Positions 45,939 to 59,400 of a stretch of DNA of 64,000 bases are shown here, one piece after another. The stretch's first letter is position 1; each line of letters starts with the position of its first letter. The notes beneath the pieces were generated by a model. The model did no database searches, was not told where the DNA came from, and saw only the letters and a program-made list of their open reading frames with translations. The DNA comes from Phaeosaccion multiseriatum (taxonomy: Eukaryota > Protista > Ochrophyta, other classes), in the NCBI GenBank assembly GCA_965112735.1, contig OZ218963.1, forward strand, positions 2,666,001 to 2,730,000. The letters run 5' to 3'. The position numbers were made by a program, and so were the translations under genes.

Positions 45939-47813
45939 TGCATTCACCCCCACCTCCTGTGACGGCTGATGGTCCAGATGCTGCTCCACCGAATTCACGG
46001 CCACTTCCAGATGCTGCTCCACCGCATTCACGGCCACTCCCCCGCGCGGAGTGCGCAGACCACCACCACCACCACCACGGGCCCGCGTAGCCCCACCAGT
46101 AGAAGAGAGCGTAAGTGGGCTACCAGCCTGGAGCACCCGAGTCGCGGAAGGAAATGCCTTCTGGAAGGCGGCGTAGAAATCACTCCACGAGGGAGTCGCC
46201 GACTCCCAGCGCAGCCAGAAGTTGGTCATGCCGTCAGTTAATGGCAACGAGCCGTGACGAAGCCGAATCTCGACCTCTGGCCGCAGCACCGCCAGCAGGC
46301 CCGTAACCAAGGCTTGCTCATCCGTGGCCTGCCCCGTCACCTGCGCCAGACACAGAGAGAGTTCCGCCAGCTTGGTGAGCAGCCTGGCGAGCGCCTGGTT
46401 CACCTCGGCAGGAACGGTGGACGCTTCCAGAGGCTTGGCCTCCCGCACCAACGTCTGGACAAGCTGCTGGAGGCCGTCTCGCGCAACAGGAACGCCGAAG
46501 AGACGCAACAGACACCTCGCGAGCAATTGGAACTGTGCACTCTCCGTCTCCCACTCCAATGTGACGTGCTGGTCGCCCTCCATCCACGACGCACCCTTCT
46601 GAGCCTCCGCCAGGACAGTGGCCCGATCCACTGCACCCAAGTCGGCCAGCACTCGCTGCTCCATCACCCGCCCTTGGCCCGGAAGCACGGACCCAGTAGA
46701 AGTCAAGATCTCCTGTCCTTGCAGAATGCTCACCCAGTTGTACATGCGTGCGAGCACCACAGCACGAGGATGAGGCTGTCCAGCCGCATCGAATAGAGAG
46801 GGAAGTTTCTGCTCCTGGAGCACACGGATAGCACCCACGGGCAGCGTGATCGTCTGCACCGTATGACGGGCGGGCGCCTGCAGCACATCCAGGGCCTGCT
46901 GCCGTGCCCGCTCCCGCTCCCGTTCCATGTCCCGCTGTAGCATATCCTTAACCTGCTGCTGCAGCACCTCTACCCCCCCCGGTGCGGCATCCTTAACCTG
47001 CTGGAGCTGCGCCGCTAACAGCTCCCGCTGCAACGTCTCCACCTCCAGCTGGGCAGCACCCTCAGGCGGCCGCTTCGGCGGCGGCTGCGCCGCCATCTGT
47101 CGCTGCAGCTCCGCCGCCACCTGCTGCTGCAGCTCCACCGCAAACTCCCGCTGCTGCTCCGCCCCCCGCGAGAGCCGCAGCACCTCCAGTTCCCGCTGGA
47201 GGGCCGCCGTCTCCGCCTTGCTCTCCCGCAGTTGGGCCGCCATGAGCTGCGCAGCTTGGTGCTGCGTCAGCATCTCAAGCCCCTCCTGGAGAACCCGCGT
47301 GTCCTCCTGCTCCGGTGTCTTCTCTCCCTCCGCTGGCTGATCCACCACCCGAGCCCCGCCAGACGCACCAACAAGAGGGACCAAGGGCGTGCCAACCACA
47401 TCCCACACCGTGCTCTCCTCCTGGCCCACCGACTCTGCATCCCCCGAGTGGAAGGAAACCTCCGACGCCGCCACCGTCAGCGGCCTCACCCCAGCAGCAG
47501 GAGGGGAAGCGGCAGCAGCCGTAATCGCAGACCCCTCAAAAAAAGAGGGCGACTCCAGGGACTCCTCCCCCCGACGCAACGCCGCCCGCACACGGTCCAC
47601 AGCCCCAGGGCTGGCAGTGACCTCCGCAGGAGGAGCAGCAGCTTCCGATACCACAGACCCCACGTCCGCAGCACCACCATCAGCTCCACCGCCCTCAGCG
47701 TCACTCGTAGCGCCCTCCGCCGATGAAAGACTCAGGAAGTCCCCCTCCTCAGCCCTGGCCACCCTAGCAGCGTGGAACCGCAGGAAGTCCATCCCCGCCT
47801 CAGCCAGTGCCAC
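45603..47813 (-). CDS. gag: Gy-EXO gag (copy Y)
   Basis: 736-aa ORF with CCHC zinc knuckle. Confidence 0.88.
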
Positions 47814-48682
47814 CCTAGCAAGCCCAAAGCTGTCTACGGCCTAAAGCTGGGCAGCTGGAAGCAAAGCTCAAGCCAACACAATAAATCAGCCTCAAAGCTG
47901 GATCTCAGACCTGTGTCTTTCGGGTCTTCCGGGTTGTCGAAACTACCGACAGCTAGCCTCAAAGCCAAGCTAGAGCAGAGCAGAAGCTGAAGCAAGCACC
48001 CGGAAGCCAGCCCACACGCAGGCTGCGCTTCCTTTCTTTTATTACTGATTTACCGTCTAGTTGGCCCGTTTTCCGGCCGTTACACTACTGATTGGGTCCC
48101 CAAGGGACCCCAACTAGGCCACTTCTAACAGTAGGCGACAGCGCATGTCGGTCGTGCGTACGTCGTTTTACAACTGTCCTGGCGGAGGCTCAGAAGGGTG
48201 CGTCGTGGATGGAGGGCGACCAGCACGTCACATTGGAGTGGGAGACGGAGAGTGCACAGTTCCAATTGCTCGCGAGGTGTCTGTTGCGTCTCTTCGGCGT
48301 TCCTGTTGCGCGAGACGGCCTCCAGCAGCTTGTCCAGACGTTGGTGCGGGAGGCCAAGCCTCTGGAAGCGTCAACCGTTCCTGCCGAGGTGAACCAGGCG
48401 CTCGCCAGGCTGCTCACCAAGCTGGCGGAACTCTCTCTGTGTCTGGCGCAGGTGACGGGGCAGGCCACGGATGAGCAAGCCTTGGTTACGGGCCTGCTGG
48501 CGGTGCTGCGGCCAGAGGTCGAGATTCGGCTTCGTCACGGCTCGTTGCCATTAACTGACGGCATGACCAACTTCTGGCTGCGCTGGGAGTCGGCGACTCC
48601 CTCGTGGAGTGACTTCTACGCCGCCTTCCAGAAGGCATTTCCTTCCGCGACTCGGGTGCTCCAGGCTGGTAGCCCACTTACG

Positions 48683-49037
48683 TGTAAGAAGGCATCCTTT
48701 TGCTAGGTTGGCAGCTACCCCCGTGAATATTCAGTGGATAGCTGCCAACCTAGCAAAAGGATGCCTTCTTACATGCCCAGACGGGGTTCGATTCTGAGGA
48801 TGGCGAGAAAAATTCCGAGGGCGAAAGTTGGGCATGACACTGAAATTCACGGGCTCGGTGTGGGAGAAATCCTAGGTAGTTACCCCCCCAAGGTTTTCGG
48901 AGGAGTTTTCGGAGGGGGGGGGAGGATCGACCTTAACTGACAGGCATGTAAGAAGGCATCCTTTTGCTAGGTTGGCAGCTACCCCCGTGAATATTCAGTG
49001 GATAGCTGCCAACCTAGCAAAAGGATGCCTTCTTACA
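48683..49037 (+). mobile_element. HP-B monomer (355 bp): hairpin, internal region, hairpin in direct orientation
   Basis: Inserted in X gag at CTTACG|CTCTCT with no TSD (empty site visible in copies W and Y). Confidence 0.93.
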
Positions 49038-49211
49038 CTCTCTTCTACTGGTGGGGCTCCGCGGGCCCGTGGTGGTGGTGGTGGTGGTCTGCGCACTCCG
49101 CGCGGGGGAGTGGCCGTGAATGCGGTGGAGCAGCATCTGGAAGTGGCCGTGAATTCGGTGGAGCAGCATCTGGACCATCAGCCGTCACAGGAGGTGGGGG
49201 TGAATGCAGTG

Positions 49212-49242
<31 letters not shown>

Positions 49243-49836
49243 CGGCGCAGCAGCCGCGGCTCACGCCCACCCAGCAGCGGCCCTTGCTGTTCCACGGCTC
49301 GGTCAAGCAGCGTGGCAACGGCAATGCCCCATTTAACTGCATGACTTGTCGCCGCGCCGGCCATGGATGGATAGAATGCAACGCCATTCCCGCTACGCGT
49401 GAGGAGCTGCTCGGCATTGTGAGTCGCGTGCAGCGGCGGCAGGCGGTCAGAGCGCTGCACCAGGAGTCCGACATGTCTGAAGCCGTAGCAGCAATGGTGG
49501 CGGGCACTCTGGCGGCGCAGGACGGGTTCAAGTTCGAAGGCTGACGGTGCCCCGGGGCTGCTTGGCCAGCAGCCCTGGGGACCACGACCGCAGCGCGTGA
49601 GGATAGGTCGTCGGCGTGGGGGAACCGGGGGGGAGGGCGGGCAAGAGCAGTGTAGAAGATAATGAATGTACTTCGCACCTATCTTGTTTGTCAGACCCAC
49701 CTTTGCCCCATGCCGACGCTCAGCGTAGGAGCGGTCAGGCTAGTCGTGTAGAGCGGGAGTCACCTGCCATCAGAGTTTATCGGAGTGACATGTGGTGTGG
49801 CAACAGACTCAGACGTGCTCGGCTACGACGGCAGCA

Positions 49837-49869
<33 letters not shown>

Positions 49870-52794
49870 TGCAGAGCTGCTGCAGCATCGGTGTCCCGAG
49901 CATGCAGTAGTGGGTAGGGCGTCCACGGAGGTGACGGCGGTGCAGCAGCAGGCGCAGCAGCAGCGCCGTGCAGTAGAGGTAGTCGGGGAGGAGCTAGAGC
50001 AGCAGCCGGGTCCTGTGGTACGCTCTGTGGTCGAGCAGTCGAGGGGCACTGACGGCCCGGATGCAGTCGTTGCTGGTGAGCACACGGAGATGACGGCGGT
50101 ACAGCAGCAGGCGCAGCGTGCAGTAGAGGTAGTCGTGGAGGGCGTGCACCAGGAGGCTGCGCCAGCGGCTTCCGCAGTCGAGCAGCTGCCGCCGCCGGAG
50201 CAGCAGCAGCAGCAGCAGCCGTGTCCAGTGGTACGCTCCGTGTGCTTAGTCGAAGCACCGCAGCCCGGCTCTGCCGTCGAGCCGTCGAGCGGACCTGACG
50301 TCGCGCTGCCGCTGCCTCTGCGCCAGGAGGATGCAGTCGTTGCGGGTGAGTGTCCGGAGCAGCAGGTGCCACCGGCGGCAGCGGGGGAGGTTGAGTGCGA
50401 GGCGGCAACCGTTGCGCAACACGAGTCTGTCTGGATGGATGCAAGGGGTTTGGAGCGGGTGCGTGCGTGTGTCTTCCCGGAACAGCGCGCACTGCGTGCG
50501 GCGAAGGAGCGGCAACAGCGGCTGGGACAGCAGCAGCAGCTGCTGCAGCAGCAGCCGGCGGGACCGCAGGTGCAACTGGAGCCGCAGCAGGGTCCTGCTG
50601 TCGAGGCAGTCGTCCAGGTTGCCGAGCAGCAGCCGCAGGTGGCGGGGGGGCAGCAGGAGCAATTGGAGCAGCAGCAGGGTCATGCTGTCGAGGCTGCCGT
50701 CCAGGTTGCAAAAGCCAGCCCACCGTCAAGCGATGAGCTTCAGCCTCAGCAGCTGTGCTCCCTGGTGACGCCTCGCCAGGCCAAGGCCATGGGCCTCGTG
50801 CGGGCCTTGCCGCTCGGGGCAGCATCTCTTCCGCCATTCACTCCCACGGGTGAACATGAACAGTGGGCGTGGCAGGTTCAGCTTCAGCAGCAGGAGGAGG
50901 TTCAGCTTCAGCAGCAGGAGCAGAGCCTTCGAACCCTGCCGCTGACGTCTCCAGCGGTGCCTCCGGCGGAGGGGCGGAGCAGGACTGAGCAGAGGGTGGC
51001 AGCAAAGTGGTTGAGACGGCGTGCCCAGCAGGCGAAGGCAGCGCTGCGCAAGGGTGACGAGCAGGCGGCACAGGAGCAGCAGGATGCAGCGAGGCGCGCA
51101 GTAGCTCTTCGACGGCGGGTACGGAGGAAGCAGCGGAGGCAGCGTGCTCGTGCGACAGCAGCAGCACAGCAGCATCCGCAGGAGGCTGCTTTCACGGCTG
51201 TGTTGACGGAGGAGGCGGGGCTGCACACGCTTGCCCTTGATCCGTTTGTGCGTGCTTGTCATGCAGTAGCCTTGGAGCCTGGCGCGGGAGTCGCTCTGCT
51301 CAAGGAGCCCCCCAGTCCGGGAGCTTGTGCCTGTGCGTCGGCTGTTGACAGTGAGTGTGATATGTGTGAGGGGTGTGTGCAACGCGCTGCCTTGGCTCTC
51401 TACCGTGTGCGGATGGAGGACGCTCCGGGGGGGGTGGCCGCCTTGCAGACAGCAGTGCGGAGAGCTGAGATTGCCGAAGCGGTGGCTGCCACGGGTCGTA
51501 CGGCAGTCCCAGCAGGGCGGGGCCACACGATCGAGGTTACGGTGCGCTCGCCAGTGAAGGTCAGTGACGCTCGGCATTGCTTGGCTGCTACCGCTCCACG
51601 GGATGCCAGTGCCGCCGACGCCGTGGAGAAGAGCGCCTTTACAGCCTTGATGGACAGTGGGTGCACAGGAGCGGGCTGCATCTCGACAGCCTGCTTCAAT
51701 CAACTGGTGGCGGATGGCACGGTGGAGCGGTCAGAGCTCGCCACGCAGAAGGGGGTGCAGGTGTCTTACGCTGACAATCGTGCCAAGACCATGTCCAGAG
51801 GGCTTGTTTGGCTTCAGGTGGGACTCACGCCGACGTGCCAGCCGGTGCTACCCTTTCATGTGGTGGACCACTTGGCGCGGCCCATCTTCTTGGGGCAGGA
51901 TTTCTTCACCCAAGTAGGGGCAGTCGTCGATCATCGTGCGAAGCAGCTCTACGTACTTCCGACTCCTTCGGAGGAGGCCACGTCGGATGCTCGTCCGTCC
52001 GATGCCTTGGCTGTGCAAGTGCTGGCAGTGGTGGACGGCAACGCTGCTGTTGGGGGGGTACGTGCTGTGGAGGCTTTGAGCTTGGGACCTGGACAGACGG
52101 GGTCCCTTCGCCTCGAGCTTACGGGCATCGGTGAGGGTGTCCAGGCGGTGGTGGAGCTGGGCGCTCACGGACACTTGGCAGCGGAGGCGGACGTTCTCTG
52201 GTGGCTGGAGCACGAGCAGGTTCTAGTGGCGCACAAAGATGGTGTGTATGCTGGGGGGCAGAGTTACCGAATCATAGTGCAGAATCACCACAATCAGGTC
52301 ATTGTGGTCGTTCCTGGGCAGGTCATCGGCACTGCTTCTTGCTTGCTCGACTCGGAGGCGTGTGCTGAGGTGGCCGCGCTCATGCTCGCTGAGCCGGCTT
52401 CTTCAGATACCGTGCCGGAGACTGCAGCGGCCCCCTCCTCCTGGCTTGGTGCTCTTGGCGGGATGGTGAGGCGTGCGGTGACGCGCAGGCTGCCATGGTC
52501 CAAGGCGCGGGAGGCGGTTGAGTCTGTGGTGGAGGAGGAGGTGTCGCTGCAGCCGTCTGAAGCTGAAGCAGGAGCTGAGCAGGTCTGGTACCCACCGCAG
52601 GGGCCTGTAATTCGCTGCTCGGTAGTACCAGAGGAGGCTGAGCTGGGGGCTACGGCGCTTCCGCTGCAAGCTGTGCCGGTGCAGGCCCTGACGCACCCAC
52701 GGACTGAGGTGGGGGTGCCATCGACTCTGGTGCCTCAGCCGACAGTGAAGGCCCGGTTTCAGCATTTGCAGCGCCGAGGCAAGAAGGGGAGTCA

Positions 52795-53411
52795 TGTTAG
52801 AAGTCGTACTTTTGCTAGACTGATACCTGCCCTCTGAATTCAGACCGGGAGGTATCAGTCTAGCAAAAGTACGACTTCTAACAAGACCGTTGCTAGAGGA
52901 CGAACCCCCCCCCCCACCGCACATAGTGGAGAGAAGTAACTCGCAGTCTGAGAATCAGCATCATGGGCCAGCAAGCTGGTGTGGTGGAGCTGGGTTAGGC
53001 TCAATTACGTATTATTAGGTAGGCAGGACAGTAAGTCAATGATGTGGGGACGCGGCCTTTTGGGGCCTGGTTGGCCCCTCCGCACTCCTGAACCCGTAAA
53101 GACCAATTGGATTGCTTCCTTAAACAAGGGAGCTGTCCAGGGTCTTAGGGTGGGATAGCCATAGTCATTAATACACTTGGTGCCAGCATTGGACTCTTAT
53201 CTCTCCCCTTTTGGGCCCGGAACGGAGCGCTCAGCTTGGGGGTGCCTTCCTCCTCATAATCGAGGGAGGTACCGGCCCCACACTGGTAACAGTTTTCGCC
53301 GAAAAATACGCTTTTTCACAAGCGACAGCTAAGGTTCGAACTCACAACTAGCCTTGTTAGAAGTCATTCAGACCGGGAGGTATCAGTCTAGCAAAAGTAC
53401 GACTTCTAACA
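52795..53411 (-). mobile_element. HP-A monomer carrying a nested solo LTR
   Basis: TSD GTCA against the empty site in Y. The right hairpin is partly deleted. Confidence 0.92.
52980..53282 (+). repeat. Solo LTR, family C
   Basis: TG...CA, TSD CTGG, homologous to 30967-31270. Confidence 0.88.
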
Positions 53412-56400
53412 GTCAGTGTCGTCAGAGTCGAGTGGGTGCTGGGCGATTGCAGCGGCAACGTCGGAGAGTGGCATCAATGCTTGTGGAGTCTCCTGTGCTG
53501 TGGGACCAGGTTCATCGGCAAGCAGTGTTGGAGCGCCATGAGCAAGTGCGACGACAAGTTTTGCCGCTGCGACGGGAGCTGTGCGCTGACGGCTCCTGCG
53601 CTTGGCATCGCCGAGGGCTTCGTCTCGCTTGGGGGAGCGACTTGGGGCAACGACAGGTGCCGCGGGAGCGTCGCGTGCCCTTGGCGGCCTCCTGGGGGGG
53701 ACAGTGCGAGTGCCGGCCAGACGAGCTGACACACCACGAGTTGACTCGAAGGAGGAGACAGCAGCATGGTTGGCAACGCAGCAGGCCAAGCGGTTACAAG
53801 CGGCACAGCAGCAGGCACGGCAGCAGCGCCAGTGGGCATTGCAGCGACGGCACAAGGCCCAGCGGGAAGAGCTCTTTTAAGCAAGCGGATTCGTCGGCAG
53901 CTCAGCAGGTTCAGCGGTCCAATGCGGTGCAGCAGCAGGTGGCTCCGGCGGCGGTAGCGCGACGCCGTCAGACACAGTTGCAGGAGCTCCGACCGCCTCG
54001 TACAAGCCAGCTGCAGGTCCACCACGTGGCGGTGGCTGATGATTCCACCAGCAGGCCTGCGACAGGGGCGGCGTCGTCAGTGGCGTCGGAGGAACCGCCA
54101 CTACGGTCCGAGGCAGGATCATCGTCGGCGGCTGTGGGCACATCATTGACTGACCTACGCGGTGATGGGTGGGTACTGGATACGGATGGTGCCTTGCGAC
54201 TCGGTAGTCAGAGTGACACGTCCGGTGGGACTCTGATGGCAGGAGTGCAGTTGATCAAGGAGTGGTATCCTCACCTGTCAGAGCGAGTGTATGGACGTCT
54301 GCGCGAGTGCTTGGTTGCGGCGGAGGAAGGGGCTGTGACCGCGCTACTGCTCCTGCGCCCCCATGTACACCAAGCCGCTGGCACGGGTCTGAGCGGCGTT
54401 GGGGACGTTGCTGTGGCAGCATGGGCCCAACAGCTCTTGTCGTTGTGGTCTAGTCGCCCATTACAGCAGCAGGAGAAGGTGGAGCAGGATATGACCAATG
54501 CGCTGCTGCTCCTTATCCAATTGCGAACGGTGCTGCAGGAGAGTCACTGTCTTGGTGGTGGAGTGGAGTCGTGGGATGCAGGAGAGCTTGTTGTGGAGCA
54601 GCGGCGCCGTGCCAAGCTCACTACGGAGCGGGCTCAGTTCTGGCTCAGGGAGCTACCGTCGCCCCTGCACGCTATCACGATTGGCGACGGTGCCTGGACG
54701 GAGGTGCAACGCTGGGGACTGGTGGCGATCCTTCGTGCTCGGTCGCAAGCATTCTGCCAGAGGCCTGGTGACTACGGTCGGACGGATACTCTCTTCTTTG
54801 AGTGGGGACTGAAGGATGCGAATCAGCAGCCCATTCGGAGCTCCGCTCGACGGTATCCTCCACATTTGCGGCGGGGGATTGAGATTGAGATTGACAAGCT
54901 TCTCGCGGCTGCCATCATTCGCCCCAGCACTTCCAGCTGGGCCACTCCGCTGATGGCGGTCTTGAAGACGGACGCAGCTGGCAAAACCAAGTGTCATGAG
55001 GATGGGACGCCTGTGGTACGTATGACGTGTGACTTGTCTCAGCTGAATGATGCGTGTCGCACGGAGGCCCCTGCGATGCCGGTGATTGATGATCTGCTGG
55101 CAGAGATGCATGGCTCCAAGGTGTTCTCGGTGATGGACATCATGTCGGGCTACTTCAATGTGTCGGTGGCATCAGCAGCAGAAGAGGACATATCCACCTT
55201 TGTGTGCCACAGTGGTACTTACGCTTGGCGAGTGATGCCGCAGGGCGCGAAGAATGCGCCTGCAGTCTTTGTGCGGCTTATGAACAAGGTGCTCAAGGGG
55301 CTTCAGGAGCATGTGGCATGCTTTGTGGACGATATTGCTGTGTTTTCGGCTACGGTTGAGCAGCATCTGGAGCATTTGGATGCTGTGCTTGCGCGGTTGG
55401 TGGAGCACAAGCTCAAGTTGGAGCCGAGTAAGGCTGTATTGGGTGCACCGGAGGTGCGGTTCTGCGGGCATTTGCTGGATCAGAATGGGGTGCGCACAGA
55501 CCCGGCCAAGCATGCGGCGGTGCAAGAGCTGGTCAAGCCGTTGAGGTTGCTTGCGAAGGATGGCGGCGTCAATCGAGTTAAGCAGGTGCGGCGTTTCATT
55601 GGCATGCTCAGCTACTTTCGCCGTTTCATTCCGGAGTTTGCGCGCAAAGTGCGGCCCCTCAATGGGCTGCTGCGTAAGGGCGTCGACGTGAGCACCGCCT
55701 GGAATGCCTCGCACGATGCAGCTTGGGATGGACTCGTTGCCAACATGTTGTCTTCCCCTGCACTGGCCTTTCCGGAGTACGGGCCAGCGACGACTTCCAC
55801 TGAGTACCGATGCCTCGACGGAAGGGTTAGCAGGAGTGCTCTCTCAGAAAGATGCGACCGGGGAGGAGCGTGTGGTGACGTTCATCAGTCGGGCTACCAC
55901 GGAGACGGAGGCGCGACTGAGCAGCACGGAGCTGGAGCTGCTGGCAGTGGTGTGGTGTGTGCGCAAACTGGCCATGTACATCTGCCACTACCCCACCACA
56001 GTGGTGACGGACCATCAGCCCTTGTTGTGGTTGGCTGGGCACAAGGATACCAATTCCAAGCTGTTCAGATGGTACGAGCGGCTCTCTACGCACCACTTGC
56101 AGTTTGTGCATCGTCCCGGGAAGCAAATGGTGGTGCCTGACTGCCTCTCTCGCAACGCGCTTCCGGTGCAGGAGTGGGAGACGCATGCGGGGGTAGACTT
56201 GGCCATGGTTGCGTGCGAGTGGCCGTCGCCCTTGCACACCTGGTGTGCTTCGATGGGGGTGCAGTTGAACCTGGTGGAGATGGTAGGGGACGAGTGCAGC
56301 CTTCATTGGGAGGAGCCCACGGAGGGCGCACTGCTTCGCTTTCTCGCAGTGGCGCAACAGCTGCAGGGCGAAGCCGACACACGCCTTCCTATTCCTGTGC

Positions 56401-59400
56401 CTGCCGTGACGGCCCAGCAACAGCAGCAACGGTGCCACCACCAGCAGCAGAGCGGAGCGGAGGCCCTACAAGCCTGGCAGACTGCAGAGGTGGACTTGTC
56501 TGCGACGCAGTCACGCAGGGATACTGCTCGGCGTGCTTGGACACAGCGTCTCCAGCAATGTGGATGGCAGCCTACGCGAGCACCTCAGCTGGGTGTGAAG
56601 AAGGCGGTGATAGACGCCTGGCAGCGGGGTCAGATGTCGCCATTTGTGAGCCACATTTCCGCAGCGAGGTACACGTACGTGTCTACGCCGAGGCACGTGC
56701 AGGCTCTATCGACTCAGTTGCGCACAGCCAAAGTGGTCGCTATGGATTCGGAGTGGGCGCGTCACCGACGGCGCGCGTCGCTGCTGCAATTGGCCGTGCA
56801 GGTTGGGCCGCTGCCGGATGTGGCGCGTGACTATGGGCTCTTGCTTGATCTAGACGCGCTTCAGAAGGCGGGGGGTATGATGGTACTGGCGCAAGTGTTG
56901 CGGGACCTGTGGGCCGAACCCTCGATTGTGAAGCTGGCTCACCACTGGAGTCACGACCAACGTGCCCTGGGCCGATGGCCGGCGCTCGCGGAGCATGTCC
57001 AGCACATCGTCAACTTGGTGGACACCAGTGACCTCTTTAAGCGCGTGTGCCCCGAACATGCTCAGTTCATCGGACTCCAGGACCTTGTCAGCATGTTTTT
57101 GGAGCAACACCTTAGCAAGGAGGAGCGGGCCACCGATTGGACGAAGCGGCCGCTGTCCGCCGCTCAACAGGAGTACGCGTTTGCTGACGCTGCGGCGCTC
57201 CTCCGCCTCTGGCCTCGCATGGCGGAGTGTGTGCCGTTCGTCCATGGTGGCCCGGGGGTGGAGCTTAGCGCGATGAGCCCTGCTCACACCCCTGCGGAGC
57301 AGGAGGAGATGCAAGTCGGCAGGTTCATGCAGGCCGCGGTTGGTTATTGGGGCGATCGCGACCACGTGTCACCGCTCTACATCTTTGGTGTCCACTCCAA
57401 GACGTTGGAGGTATTCGACCTGGCCAAACTGCAATTCAAACTGCAGTGCTCGTGGGAGACAATGATGCAGGTGGTGGAGCTGTTCACGCGGACATATAAG
57501 CGCCAGCGGAAGGTGGTGGGCGCGTTGGCCAGTCATCTAGATACCATGATCGAGTTGCCATGGAAGCAAGTCCGTCAGGTGTCGCGTGACTACTTCTCGA
57601 TGTGCACACCAGCGGAGGCTCAGCAAACGGGTGCCGCGGCCGCTCATGCGTGGGCTGCATGGGAGGCTGAGCTTGAGGAGGATGCGTCTCGTCTGCTCTC
57701 GGAGGTGTGTCCAGCTGCCGTTGCTGGTGCCACCGAGGGTGAGGAGCTTGTTACGGAGGAGGGCCGCATCACCCCCCCTGGGGAGCCGCCTGCTGCGGAG
57801 TCGCCGTCGGAGCCTGGTACGGCAGATCTACTGGTCACGGAAGAAGCAGGGGATGCAGGTAATGAAGCTGAGGATGCAGTGGATTCAGTTTCCAAGGAGC
57901 CGGTGGAGCAGGAGTCCACCTTGCAGCGCGAGCTTGATGGGCATCGACGAGAGGCAGAGCGACAGTTTGGGTGGTCTCTACCAGGCACGGTGCCTGCTGC
58001 CGCGGCGCACAGACGAGCGGCTGGAGCTTTGGGTGGCAGTCTGCATGTCGAGGCCGCGTGGTGGGTGCGTGCGCAGCGGGCTGATGCGGAGCTGGAAGCA
58101 CTCCGTCGCCGTGTTCAGGCTGGGCCCACCGGCGGCGTGGTGGATGCCGGTGGGGGTGAGTTCTTTGTGGATGAGGACGGGCTCTTGATGCGTAAGTGGG
58201 CTCCTGGGGGCTTTCGGTGGCGGGTGCGGCACACTCGGCTACAAGTATGTGTGCCCAAGGAGATGCGGCCAGCCTTGCTGCATGCCGCCCACACCGATGC
58301 CATCGCAGGCGGGCACCAAGGCCCGGGACGTATGCTAGACGCGCTGCAAGAGCGCGTATGGTGGGAGAAGATGAATGCACATGCGCTGTATTGGGCCCGC
58401 TCCTGTCTGGCGTGTCAGACACGCAAGACTCCTCGCCGGCAGCCAAAGCCTGTGCCGCTGTCGTCCATTTCCAAGGTGGATGGACCTTGGGCGGTCATGG
58501 GCGCTGATGTGGCTGGCCCCTTTCCTATGGGCATGGGCGGTGAGGAGTACCTCTTGGTGTTTCAGGATTGGTTCACGAAGTGGACAGTGGTGGTGCCTTT
58601 GAGGGCACAGGACTATACGGCGGAAGGTATTGCTCGGGCCTTCGTGCGGCATGTCGTCACCACCCTGGGTGTGCCCCGAGTGCGGGTGAGTGATCAAGGC
58701 TCGCAGTTCACCAGTGCGCTCATGGGCGATGTGATGCGGGTTCTATCGGCGTCGCAAGTGTTCACGACGCCGATGCACCAACAGGCCAATGGGCAGGTGG
58801 AGCACTTCATGGCCACGATCAAGGACATGTTGGCGACGACCGTGGAGTCACAGATGCAGCAGTGGCCAGATTACGTCGCCGGGCTCACCTATGCGTACAA
58901 CTGCCGCTCGCAGGAGAGCACGGGGATGGCGCCATTCTACGCCTTGTTCGGTCGGCACCCCCCGGTGCCTCTACAGGCGATGCTTCCGGCGCTAGTGGAG
59001 GACGGGTCGTTTTCGTCTGCCTCGGCATGGGTCCACGAACTGCGGGCACGTCTGGCTGCGGCTGCGGCGGTGGTCAATGGGAGGCGCTGCGACTACCACG
59101 GGAGATTGCAGCTGAAGAACGCCTCAGCCACGCCGTTGGCCGACGCCCCTGCGACCCGGAACCAAGGTGATGTTGTATCGTCCTGGTGCCGCCGCCCAGC
59201 AAGAAGGGGAAGAGCTCGAAGGGCCCCCGTCAGCGCAACTCAAGGCTCTGCAGCACTCGTGGGATGGTCCTTATACAGTCTTGCCTTGGCCATCTCTGGG
59301 GGCCTACTGTGCTCAGCATGGGCGGGTGAGTGAAGAGCACTATCAGGTCATGCAGCGCAGCGCAGTGTATCTGTCTATGAAACGGGTGCGCGGCAATGGT

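Larger units (their letters stand above)
35680..48130 (-). mobile_element. Gy-EXO copy Y, structurally complete and very recent
   Basis: 196-bp LTRs at 35680-35875 and 47935-48130 look identical by eye. TSD GTAG; PPT present; no nested insertions. Confidence 0.96.
34519..48172 (+). mobile_element. Non-autonomous LTR element E (~1.2 kb, TRIM/LARD-like); LTRs 34519-34770 and 35466-35679+48135-48172
   Basis: TGTTGGAAG...TTTTACA LTRs; TSD ACTG; no convincing coding capacity. The 3' LTR is split by Gy-EXO Y. Confidence 0.92.
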
